Shown here: positions 55,319-64,000 of the stretch, in pieces
Numbering within the stretch: position 1 is the first letter of the stretch
Layout of the letters: each line of letters opens with the position of its first letter
From: Candidatus Latescibacterota bacterium
GTDB lineage: Bacteria; Latescibacterota; UBA2968; UBA8231
Assembly: GCA_965206595.1 (NCBI GenBank)
Contig: OZ242214.1
Coordinates: 6,848,001 to 6,912,000, forward strand
Direction: 5' to 3'
Length of the DNA: 64,000 nucleotides
Made by a program: the position numbers and the translations under genes
The notes under the pieces: model-generated
Told to the model about the DNA's origin: nothing
Databases searched by the model: none
The model's input: only the letters and a program-made list of their open reading frames with translations

Positions 55319-58267
55319 ATGGCGAAACGGAAATCGACCAAGACCGTTGAAAGTCTCCGGCACCAGGAGGCATCGCGGAAGAACATCCCCACGGCCGAGT
55401 ACCAGGCGGTGATGGCGGAGGACGACCGCAACCCGATCAGCGTCGCGTACGAGCGCCGCAACCCGGATCTCGACCCGCAGCTCGTCTGGCGCGGCAAGGA
55501 CGAGCAGAGCAGGTCGGACCTGGTGGTGCAGGCGCCGCCGCTGTTCATCCAGGAGAAGGTGCAACCGAAGGTGCTGATCGACGATCTGCGGCAGCGGAGC
55601 AAGGAGACGGAGGCGGAAAAGGGCAACGGCGACGGCACCCAGACCGACCTGTTCGCCGACTTCAACGGGCTGCCGGCGGGGGACGCGCAGACGGAGTTCT
55701 ACCAGCACGACGCCAACTGGTCGAACCGGATGATTCTCGGGGACAGCCTGCAGGTGATGGCCTCCCTGGCGGAGCGGGAGGGGCTGCGCGGCAAGGTGCA
55801 GTGCATCTACATCGACCCGCCCTACGGCATCAAGTTCAACTCCAACTTTCAGTGGTCAACGACAAGCCGCGACGTCAAGGACGGGAACGCCGGCCACATT
55901 ACGCGCGAGCCCGAGCAGGTGAAGGCGTTCCGAGATACGTGGCGGGATGGGATTCACTCGTATCTGACGTATCTGCGGGATCGGCTGACGGTGGCGCGGG
56001 ATCTGTTGACGGAGAGCGGGTCGATTTTCGTGCAGATTGGGGACGAGAATGTGCATCGGGTGCGGGCGTTGATGGACGAGATTTTCAGTGAAGAGAATTT
56101 TCACGCGCAAATTGCAGTACGAAAGGCATCACCACTTGGCGGGGCTGGATTGGTTGGAGTGAATGATTATCTCCTTTGGTACAACAAAAACAAAGCAGTA
56201 GCAAAGTTTCGTCGAACCTTCAAGCTATTAGATGCTCAGGGAGATCGGTATTATAACATCGTCGAAACCAACGACGGCCAGCGGCGTTCCATAAGCTCAG
56301 AAGAATTCGCAAATTTAGGGTTGCTGCCCAGCACGGCGCGTCTTATTACGTCATCTGCTCTCGTTTCTTCCGGTCTTACTCCGTCGTGCGTTTTTGACGT
56401 TGATTTTCAGAGCAAGAGGTACAAGCCATCAACTGGCAGGAGTTGGCGAACCAATCCTACTGGTATGGAAAGACTAAAGTTAGCGGGTAGACTCATTTCG
56501 ACAGGTAATACTCTTCGCTATGTAGCGTACTTTGACGACTTTCCCTACGCCACAATTGACAACTCATGGGGGGACACTGGCGGCGGAGCTATCGTTGGAC
56601 AAAAAATATATATTGTCCAAACGCCGAACAAAATACTGGGAAGATGTATCCTAATGACCACCGACCCCGGCGACATCGTCCTCGACCCCACCTGCGGCTC
56701 CGGCACCACCGCGTACGTCGCCGAGCAGTGGGGCCGCCGCTGGATCACCATCGACACCTCCCGCGTCGCCCTCGCGCTTGCCCGCGCCCGCGTCATGGGT
56801 GCGCGCTATCCCTACTACCTGCTCGCCGACAGCCGCGACGGCCGGGTCAAGGAAGCCGAGATTTCCCGCAAGGCACCCTCGGAAGCGCCCACGTACAACG
56901 ACATCCGCCAAGGCTTCGTTTACGAGCGCGTCCCCCACATCACCCTCAAATCCATCGCCAACAACGCCGAGATCGATGTGATCTGGGAGAAGTTCCAGGA
57001 AACCCTGGAGCCGCTGCGGGCGGAGCTGAACGCCGCGCTCAACCGCTCCTATGAAGAATGGGAGATTCCCCGCGAACCGGGCGACCCCTGGTCCGCCAAG
57101 GCCACCGAGGCGTGGGACAAGCTCCAGGCCGCTCGCACGGACACCGAGAAATCCGCAGCGCTGCGCGTGTTGAACAAGGAGCTGGGCCGGAAGTACGCGC
57201 TGGAGGACGTGCCCTGCAGGCCCCGCGATCCGTGGGAACCCGGCGCGACTGATCTGCACCGCCGCTGGTGGGAACAGCGCATCGCCCGGCAGAAGGAGAT
57301 CGACGCCTCCATCGCCGCCAAGGCGGACTACGAATACCTCTACGACAAGCCCTATGAGGACAACAAGAAAGTCCGCGTCGCCGGCCCCTTCACCGTGGAG
57401 AGCCTGTCGCCGCACCGCCTGCTCGGTGTCAATGAGAACGACGAGCTCATCGACAACATCGCCGAAGCCAGCCTCGGGTACGGCGAAAAGCAGGACTTCG
57501 CCGGGATGATCCTCGACAACCTGAAAACCTCCGGCGTCCAGCAGGCGCACAAGGAGGACCGCATCGCCTTCTCAGGGATCAGACCCTGGCCAGGCGACCT
57601 CGTCTGCGCCGAGGGAACCTACGTCGAGGGCAACGGCGACTCCGCCCCCCAGAGACGCGCCGGCATCTTCATCGGCCCGGAGTTCGGCACCGTCTCGCGC
57701 CCCGACCTCGTGTCGGCGGTGCGCGAGGCGGCCGACGCCGACTTCGACGTGCTGGTCGCCTGCGCCTTCAACTACGACGCCCACGCCTCGGAGTTCAGCA
57801 AGCTCGGCCGCGTCCCGGTCCTCAAGGCGCGCATGAACGCCGACCTCCACATGGCCGACGACCTCAAGAACACCGGCAAGGGCAACCTCTTCGTCATCTT
57901 CGGCGAGCCGGACATCGACCTCCTCGACGCCGGGAACGGACAGATCCAGGTCAAGGTCAACGGCGTCGACGTGTTCCATCCCAACACCGGCGAAATCCGC
58001 AGCGACAACGCCGACGGCATCGCCTGCTGGTTCGTCGACAGCGACTACAACGAGGAAAGCTTCTTCGTCCGCCACGCCTACTTCCTCGGCGCCAACGATC
58101 CCTACAAGGCGCTGCGGACGACGCTGAAGGCCGAGATCAACCAGGAAGCCTGGGAGACCCTGCACAGCGACACCTCCCGTCCTTTCGCCAGGCCGGCGTC
58201 GGGCCGGATTGCGGTGAAGGTGATCAACCACCTCGGGGACGAGGTGATGAAGGTGTTCCGGGTGTGA
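55319..58267 (+). CDS. Type III-like N6-adenine DNA methyltransferase (Mod)
   Basis: GDSL, YIDPPYG, VLDPTCGSGTT, WITIDTS; C-terminal IAVKVINHLGDEVMKVF. Confidence 0.93.
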   Translation: MAKRKSTKTVESLRHQEASRKNIPTAEYQAVMAEDDRNPISVAYERRNPDLDPQLVWRGKDEQSRSDLVVQAPPLFIQEKVQPKVLIDDLRQRSKETEAEKGNGDGTQTDLFADFNGLPAGDAQTEFYQHDANWSNRMILGDSLQVMASLAEREGLRGKVQCIYIDPPYGIKFNSNFQWSTTSRDVKDGNAGHITREPEQVKAFRDTWRDGIHSYLTYLRDRLTVARDLLTESGSIFVQIGDENVHRVRALMDEIFSEENFHAQIAVRKASPLGGAGLVGVNDYLLWYNKNKAVAKFRRTFKLLDAQGDRYYNIVETNDGQRRSISSEEFANLGLLPSTARLITSSALVSSGLTPSCVFDVDFQSKRYKPSTGRSWRTNPTGMERLKLAGRLISTGNTLRYVAYFDDFPYATIDNSWGDTGGGAIVGQKIYIVQTPNKILGRCILMTTDPGDIVLDPTCGSGTTAYVAEQWGRRWITIDTSRVALALARARVMGARYPYYLLADSRDGRVKEAEISRKAPSEAPTYNDIRQGFVYERVPHITLKSIANNAEIDVIWEKFQETLEPLRAELNAALNRSYEEWEIPREPGDPWSAKATEAWDKLQAARTDTEKSAALRVLNKELGRKYALEDVPCRPRDPWEPGATDLHRRWWEQRIARQKEIDASIAAKADYEYLYDKPYEDNKKVRVAGPFTVESLSPHRLLGVNENDELIDNIAEASLGYGEKQDFAGMILDNLKTSGVQQAHKEDRIAFSGIRPWPGDLVCAEGTYVEGNGDSAPQRRAGIFIGPEFGTVSRPDLVSAVREAADADFDVLVACAFNYDAHASEFSKLGRVPVLKARMNADLHMADDLKNTGKGNLFVIFGEPDIDLLDAGNGQIQVKVNGVDVFHPNTGEIRSDNADGIACWFVDSDYNEESFFVRHAYFLGANDPYKALRTTLKAEINQEAWETLHSDTSRPFARPASGRIAVKVINHLGDEVMKVFRV

Positions 58268-58332
58268 GGGCTTAAGTTTTCAAATTGTTCGAATAACCTG
58301 ATGGCAAGTGATACTTGTTCGGAGATTACGCA

Positions 58333-61110
58333 ATGACATTCAACCGAAGTGCGGCTGAACGCTGGCACTTGGAGGTGCCGGGGGCGCGGTGGTTCAAGGC
58401 CGATTTGCATATCCACACGATTGACGACTTACCGGGCGACAGGGCAAAGGTCCCGGACGGCGTCGACGGTCGCCGACCAGTCTCGGACGAGGCGCTCATT
58501 TCTTATGCTCGGAAATTCCTGCAAAGTGCGGCCGCTATGGGCGTCCACGTGATCGGTGTCACACCTCATTCCCCGCGCCTCGAAACTGACGACGAGACGA
58601 GCGCGGTCTGGCGGATAGTGGAAGAGTGGAACACCGGCGTTGACGATGACGGCAAGCTGTTTCGGGACAAGATATATGCGGTGTTTCCCGGCTTTGAGCC
58701 TGCGCTCAAACAGGGCAAACGAGGGCTGCATTTGCTGTTCCTTTTTGATCCTGAGATCGGGCGCGACAGCTATTTGAAGGCGTTCAATCTCGCCATGGGT
58801 GGCGTGTCTCCATGGCGCAACAAGGAGCTTCAAATTTCCAGCAAAAGCGCCGACGAGGTTTTTCGCGAACTCCGTGAGTTCCATGGGCAAGAGTGTCCCT
58901 TAGACCGGGATGGGAAGCCTCAATGGAGCTACATTGCGCTCGCACCCCATATAGATACCGATAAAGGCCTCCTCGGAGAACTCAATGCGCAGGTACTGAA
59001 AAACTTCCCGCACAGCGAAGTGACGGGCCTTGAGCTAGGCGACGAGAAACTTCCCGAGGACACCATAAAAAACCGGGATTGGCTGGCAGATGGGATGGCC
59101 GCAAACAATCTGGCGTTCTTCCACGGCAGCGACGCCTACTCAGTTGAGGAGATCGGAAGGCGTCACACATGGCTCAAACTGGCTAGTCCTAGAATCGAAG
59201 CGTTACGTCAAGCGTTCATCGCCAGCGATTCACGGATACGCATCGGATACGAACGGGACGCAGACGGTACTCTCACTGAGATTGGGCATCCGCCCGACGT
59301 AACGGTGAATGAGCGCCCCTGGCTCAAATCCGTCACTGTTGCTGGAGGGGCTTCTTTCTTTAACACGACGAACAAAGATGTAGATGGGACACGCTTCGAC
59401 TTGAATCCAGACCTTACCTGCATCATAGGCGGAAGCATGACGGGCAAGAGCACACTACTGGACGGTCTGCGTTTGTACATCGATGCTCCATTGCCACAGG
59501 ACGACGGAATCAAGAAGCAGGTCGAAGCTCGTGGCCGACAACGTTTTCTCGGGGGTTCAGCCGCAGTCAATCTCGACTGCCCGGGACAAGATCCAACTGC
59601 ATCGCACCACCAGCAGTGGCCCGCGGTCTTCTACGCGCAGAACGAGTTGCAGCGGCTTGCCCAGGAACCAGAAGCAGTTGAAGAGCTTCTCGCCCGACTC
59701 GTGCCGTCGGAGATGCACGGCATTCAGGCGCGTCAACCACAGTTGAGCGCGGCCGACAGGGAACTCGACCGTGCGACGAAGCGCCTCGCGAAACTGGATG
59801 AAGACCTCACGGATGCCGAGCAGGCTTTCGAACGGACGGAAAAAGCCGCTAAGGAACTTGCAGCATTCTCGCAGGCCGGTGTAGAGAAGCTGCACCAAGC
59901 CTCACGCGACCTTCGCCGGTGGCAGGAATCCGCTGAAGTTTCCTGTGCACCGGAAGCCGATCTGGATCGCCTGCTGAATGGGGTGGACGCCTTCGAGTTA
60001 CCGGAAATCGACGACCGTCTAGCCGAGTTATTGAAAGATGCCGACGCTGACGCGGCGCGCTACGAGGACTTGCAGGCTCGTTGGAACCGCATCCTCGAGC
60101 ACGTTCGATCGGCGAATCGGGAGCTGGCATCGTGGAAAGTAGAAACACAGTCGATCGTCGATGCGTTGGAAGTACAAGAGCAACGGGTTCGCACGGAAGT
60201 CGATCGCGCGCTCGCCGCTCACGGACTCGACGGGGCGCGGATCGAGGAATTCAAGGCACTGAACCGGCAGGCATCGCTCTTGGAGAGCTATAAGGCGAAT
60301 CTCGATCAGGTGCGCAACAAGCTTATTACCGGAGAGCGCTCTTTCGAGGGACACCTCACGGAACGGCAAAGCCTCGTGGAAGAGCAACGGGCCGCCTTCG
60401 ACCGTGTGATCAAGACCATCCTCGCCGAATTCGAGGGCCGGATTTCGCCCCGTCGAGTCGACGACGGAAGTCGCGGGCCTCTCGACCGCTTTCTTAAACA
60501 TCTCGGCCAGAGAGGGATCACCCGATGGTGGAACGAACTGGACGACCAACACAGACCCTCACCGAGGGAATTGCTCGATCACTTGCACGAGGACACGTTG
60601 AAAGAGGTCGGTATGAGTGATGCCGTGCAAACGACGTTTCGGGAACAATTAACTCGAACCAGACAACGGGACCTGGCCGCAATTCGCTGCTCCGACCGCT
60701 ATCTCCTGGAGCTCAGGATGGACGACGGAAGCCACCGGCAGTTGGACGACCTTTCCGGCGGACAACGGGTGAGTCTTCTTCTTTCGCTGCTGCTAGAGAC
60801 AAGCGACGAACGTCCCTTAGTCATCGACCAACCGGAGGACGAGTTGGACAACCGGTTTCTCTTCGACACGGTCCTCCCCGCGCTCAAGCGGCTCAAGGGA
60901 CGCCGGCAGATCATCGTTGCGACGCACAACGCGAACATCGTCGTCAACGGCGACGCGGATCAGGTGATTCAGCTCGAGGCGACGGCGAACCGGGGCCGTG
61001 TGGCGTGTGCGGGGGCCATCGAGGAGCCAGCCGTCCGAGACGCCATCGTTGGGACCGTTGACGGCGGTGACGAAGCGTTTCGCCTCCGCCGGCTGAAGTA
61101 CGGGTTCTGA
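58333..61110 (+). CDS. PHP-domain + ABC/SMC-like ATPase fusion (Ppl/TrlF-like)
   Basis: DLHIHT, GLHLLFLF, PHID, GSDAY; Walker A GGSMTGKS, coiled coil, LSGGQ, VIDQPED, ATHNAN. Confidence 0.85.
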   Translation: MTFNRSAAERWHLEVPGARWFKADLHIHTIDDLPGDRAKVPDGVDGRRPVSDEALISYARKFLQSAAAMGVHVIGVTPHSPRLETDDETSAVWRIVEEWNTGVDDDGKLFRDKIYAVFPGFEPALKQGKRGLHLLFLFDPEIGRDSYLKAFNLAMGGVSPWRNKELQISSKSADEVFRELREFHGQECPLDRDGKPQWSYIALAPHIDTDKGLLGELNAQVLKNFPHSEVTGLELGDEKLPEDTIKNRDWLADGMAANNLAFFHGSDAYSVEEIGRRHTWLKLASPRIEALRQAFIASDSRIRIGYERDADGTLTEIGHPPDVTVNERPWLKSVTVAGGASFFNTTNKDVDGTRFDLNPDLTCIIGGSMTGKSTLLDGLRLYIDAPLPQDDGIKKQVEARGRQRFLGGSAAVNLDCPGQDPTASHHQQWPAVFYAQNELQRLAQEPEAVEELLARLVPSEMHGIQARQPQLSAADRELDRATKRLAKLDEDLTDAEQAFERTEKAAKELAAFSQAGVEKLHQASRDLRRWQESAEVSCAPEADLDRLLNGVDAFELPEIDDRLAELLKDADADAARYEDLQARWNRILEHVRSANRELASWKVETQSIVDALEVQEQRVRTEVDRALAAHGLDGARIEEFKALNRQASLLESYKANLDQVRNKLITGERSFEGHLTERQSLVEEQRAAFDRVIKTILAEFEGRISPRRVDDGSRGPLDRFLKHLGQRGITRWWNELDDQHRPSPRELLDHLHEDTLKEVGMSDAVQTTFREQLTRTRQRDLAAIRCSDRYLLELRMDDGSHRQLDDLSGGQRVSLLLSLLLETSDERPLVIDQPEDELDNRFLFDTVLPALKRLKGRRQIIVATHNANIVVNGDADQVIQLEATANRGRVACAGAIEEPAVRDAIVGTVDGGDEAFRLRRLKYGF

Positions 61111-61121
61111 GGGCTTTCGAG

Positions 61122-62315
61122 ATGGAGTGGTTGGATATTCTCAAGCATGTCGAGGCGGGCGAAAGCAGGAAAACCGAGTTCAAACGGGGGCTTGGCGACT
61201 TGTCGGCAATCGGCAGGGCCATTTGTGCCTTCGCAAACACCGGGGGCGGCGTCATCATCCTGGGCGTGGACAACTCCCAGGAAATCGTAGGCGTCAGAGA
61301 AGAGTCCGAAAAGGTACAGGAGCGTCTGACGGCGTTCCTTCAGACCGGTTGCAGCGCGCCCGTTTCCGCGCAAAGCGGACGTCATGAAGACCCCAACGGC
61401 TGGGTACACTGGGTTGAAGTTCCCCGCCAGCGAGGATTCGAACCGCTTCGCTACGATGGCCGGGTGTGGGTTCGCCGGGAACGCAGCAGCGTTGAACCAT
61501 CGCCCAGCGAACTGCTGGAACTCTACAACGCCTTCGGTTACATCATGACGGAAGAACGCCCGATCCAGGCTGCCACGCCGGGACACATCGATCTCCAAAG
61601 CTTTCGCGAGTATCTCCGAGAGCTCGGACTCGATACCGAGGATCAACCGCAGCCCGATGCCGAGGACGATCTCCGCAACCGCGGGGTGATAGCCGAGCTC
61701 GGGGGAGCACTGCACCCGACGGTTTATGGTGTGCTGGCGTTCGGAAAAGAGCCGCAGCGCTATCCGCAGACGCGCAGTTTCCGGATAGAATGCGTCGCAT
61801 ATGAAGGTGACGACCGGGCTTCGAATACACTGCAACTGGCTGATGTCACAGGTCGTTTGGACGAGCAGGTACGACGAGCGGTCGGGTGGTTCCAAGGCCT
61901 CGGGAGATTCGAGTCGTATCGAGGTCTGATCAGGGAAGACCGTTGGCTCCTGCCGGAAGCAGCGCTCAGGGAAGCCTTGGTAAACGCGGTCGTGCACAGG
62001 GACTATGCCATCATCGGCTCGAATGTGTTGCTTGAGGTCTACGACCGTCACGTCGACGTCACAAGCCCGGGAACACTGCCCAACCACATGACAGTCGAGA
62101 GCGTTCGCGCCGGCGCTCATCCGCGATCCCGGAACGAGTCAATGGCGAACTACATGCTTGAAAAAGGATTCATGGAAAAGCGGGGCAGAGGCTGGCCCCT
62201 GATGCGCAAGGCAATGCTGGAGTTCAATGAGACCGAGCCCGAAATATTGCAGGACGACGGAGGCGGGTTCGTCAGAGTGAGGTTCCATCTCGACTCGCCC
62301 GAAGAACAAACATGA
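61122..62315 (+). CDS. Schlafen/AlbA_2 domain + HATPase_c_4 (RecG C-terminal-like) protein
   Basis: GESRKTEFK, ICAFANTGGGVIILGV, REALVNAVVHRDY, SPG, RN..EKRGRG. Confidence 0.88.
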   Translation: MEWLDILKHVEAGESRKTEFKRGLGDLSAIGRAICAFANTGGGVIILGVDNSQEIVGVREESEKVQERLTAFLQTGCSAPVSAQSGRHEDPNGWVHWVEVPRQRGFEPLRYDGRVWVRRERSSVEPSPSELLELYNAFGYIMTEERPIQAATPGHIDLQSFREYLRELGLDTEDQPQPDAEDDLRNRGVIAELGGALHPTVYGVLAFGKEPQRYPQTRSFRIECVAYEGDDRASNTLQLADVTGRLDEQVRRAVGWFQGLGRFESYRGLIREDRWLLPEAALREALVNAVVHRDYAIIGSNVLLEVYDRHVDVTSPGTLPNHMTVESVRAGAHPRSRNESMANYMLEKGFMEKRGRGWPLMRKAMLEFNETEPEILQDDGGGFVRVRFHLDSPEEQT

Positions 62316-62355
62316 ACTCCAACACCGCTAACAGCACGTTCCGCCAGTTGATGGG

Positions 62356-63348
62356 CAGCGCATCGCCCGCCAGAAGGAGATCGACGCCTCCATCGCCGCC
62401 AAGGCCGACTACGAATACCTCTACGACAAGCCCTACGAAGACAACAAGAAGGTCCGCGTCGCCGGCCCCTTCACCGTGGAAAGCCTGTCGCCGCACCGCC
62501 TGCTCGGTGTCAATGAGAACGACGAGCTCATCGACAACATCGCCGAAGCCAGCCTCGGGTACGGGCAAAAGCAGGACTTCGCCGGGATGATCCTCGACAA
62601 CCTGAAAACCTCCGGCGTCCAGCAGGCGCACAAGGAGGACCGCATCGCCTTCTCAGGGATCAGACCCTGGCCAGGCGACCTCGTCTGCGCCGAGGGAACC
62701 TACGTCGAGGGCAACGGCGACTCCGCCCCCCAGAGACGCGCCGGCATCTTCATCGGCCCGGAGTTCGGCACCGTCTCGCGCCCCGACCTCGTGTCGGCGG
62801 TGCGCGAGGCGGCCGACGCCGACTTCGACGTGCTGGTCGCCTGCGCCTTCAACTACGACGCCCACGCCTCGGAGTTCAGCAAGCTCGGCCGCGTCCCGGT
62901 CCTCAAGGCGCGCATGAACGCCGACCTCCACATGGCCGACGACCTCAAGAACACCGGCAAGGGCAACCTCTTCGTCATCTTCGGCGAGCCGGACATCGAC
63001 CTCCTCGACGCCGGGAACGGACAGATCCAGGTCAAGGTCAACGGCGTCGACGTGTTCCACCCCAACACCGGCGAAATCCGCAGCGACAACGCCGACGGCA
63101 TCGCCTGCTGGTTCGTCGACAGCGACTACAACGAGGAAAGCTTCTTCGTCCGCCACGCCTACTTCCTCGGCGCCAACGATCCCTACAAGGCGCTGCGGAC
63201 GACGCTGAAGGCCGAGATCAACCAGGAAGCCTGGGAGACCCTGCACAGCGACACCTCCCGGCGGTTCGCCAAGCCGGCGTCCGGCCGGATTGCCGTGAAG
63301 GTGATCAACCACCTCGGGGACGAGGTGATGAAGGTGTTCCGGGTGTGA
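62356..63348 (+). pseudogene. Second copy of the mod 3' third (no catalytic motifs)
   Basis: QRIARQKEIDASIAAKAD...EVMKVFRV*; lacks DPPY and the SAM-binding motif. Confidence 0.88.
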
Positions 63349-63401
63349 GAATCGGATACGGGCGATTCCCATTCACCCCTGAACACTGAGAAGAGTTTTC
63401 C

Positions 63402-64000
63402 ATGGAAAACCAAATCATACCGACAGCAGGTAAACACTACATCTTCCCACCGGAGCGCTTCCATGGATATATCCAGGTAGGTGGGCAGCGCATAGAGATC
63501 AGTCTATCAGCGAGTGTGGATCGATCCGGGCGTCTGTCACTGTTGGATGTGGATCCTATCAAGGATGTGGCCGGCGGACTCAAACTCATGGAGTCGCTTA
63601 ACGGCTCGGGAAACACTGTCGAGGAATTTCAGCTGGAATGTGAAGGTTCTGACGGCAAAAAATTAACAAGTGATCGAGCGTATCTCGCCTCCGGTCGCCA
63701 AAAATTAACTCCCATCGACTGTAGCCACAAGGAAAGCGATCGAAGATATCTTGTCGAATTCAACATTCAGCTACGGACTGTGGAAGCATGCCTGACAATG
63801 AAAGCGAGCGAAACAAGCGATCTTCCGCAAATCACCCTTAGCTTACTCGGTTTTGAATCCTTTAGCCCTCTGTGTGCTACTACTAGATTCGGAACGGTCA
63901 AGGCTTGGGAGGTTCGCGCTGACCTAGGGAACGAAATTACAGGCAAGCTTGCAATTCAAGGCCAAAAAGGTCTGTCCTCAAACTGGCATACAGACGCGAA
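63402..64000 (+). CDS. Hypothetical low-GC protein, 3'-partial
   Basis: Open frame from ATG 63402 (MENQIIPTAGKHYIFPPERFHGYIQ...) to the window end; not in the ORF track because it has no stop. Confidence 0.65.
   Translation, partial: MENQIIPTAGKHYIFPPERFHGYIQVGGQRIEISLSASVDRSGRLSLLDVDPIKDVAGGLKLMESLNGSGNTVEEFQLECEGSDGKKLTSDRAYLASGRQKLTPIDCSHKESDRRYLVEFNIQLRTVEACLTMKASETSDLPQITLSLLGFESFSPLCATTRFGTVKAWEVRADLGNEITGKLAIQGQKGLSSNWHTDA

Larger units (their letters stand above)
57275..63348 (+). repeat. ~993-bp direct repeats (57275-58267 and 62356-63348) of the mod 3' end
   Basis: Constant offset of 5081; near-identical middle, substitutions clustered near both ends. Confidence 0.92.

Overview
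High-GC bacterial DNA. A C-terminal 'LLQNYPNPFN...WDGRD...ASGVY' sorting domain and two PhyH-family dioxygenases suggest an FCB-superphylum host such as Latescibacterota, but this is inference. The left half (1-34 kb) is a patchwork: GDP-mannose genes, secreted proteins, a sigma-54-linked membrane cluster (MscS/CmpX-like, MgtE, YihY, MFS, NtrC), an ABC-ATPase/PIN/RNA-ligase operon, a decayed IS701-like element, TA modules and many gene remnants (PLP decarboxylase, Rieske, ispF-cysS, SDR). The right half (34.8-64 kb) is a defence island. It holds an Azaca-like DUF6361-like/PLD/SNF2 trio, a beta-flower-(GYP)n plus HEPN gene pair, an AAA-DUF4143 gene, and a type III-like res...mod locus. The most unusual structure is that pieces of mod are repeated: a 5' copy about 3.15 kb upstream and a ~1 kb 3' copy 5,081 bp downstream. 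These repeats bracket cargo blocks (TA genes, DUF1828, HAD; a PHP-ATPase plus AlbA_2), and mod itself has a low-GC specificity region with mirror-image codon skew on either side. No rRNA, tRNA or convincing CRISPR array was seen. Several single-base frameshifts lie in homopolymers and could be sequencing errors. All family assignments come from motif recognition by eye, not database searches.
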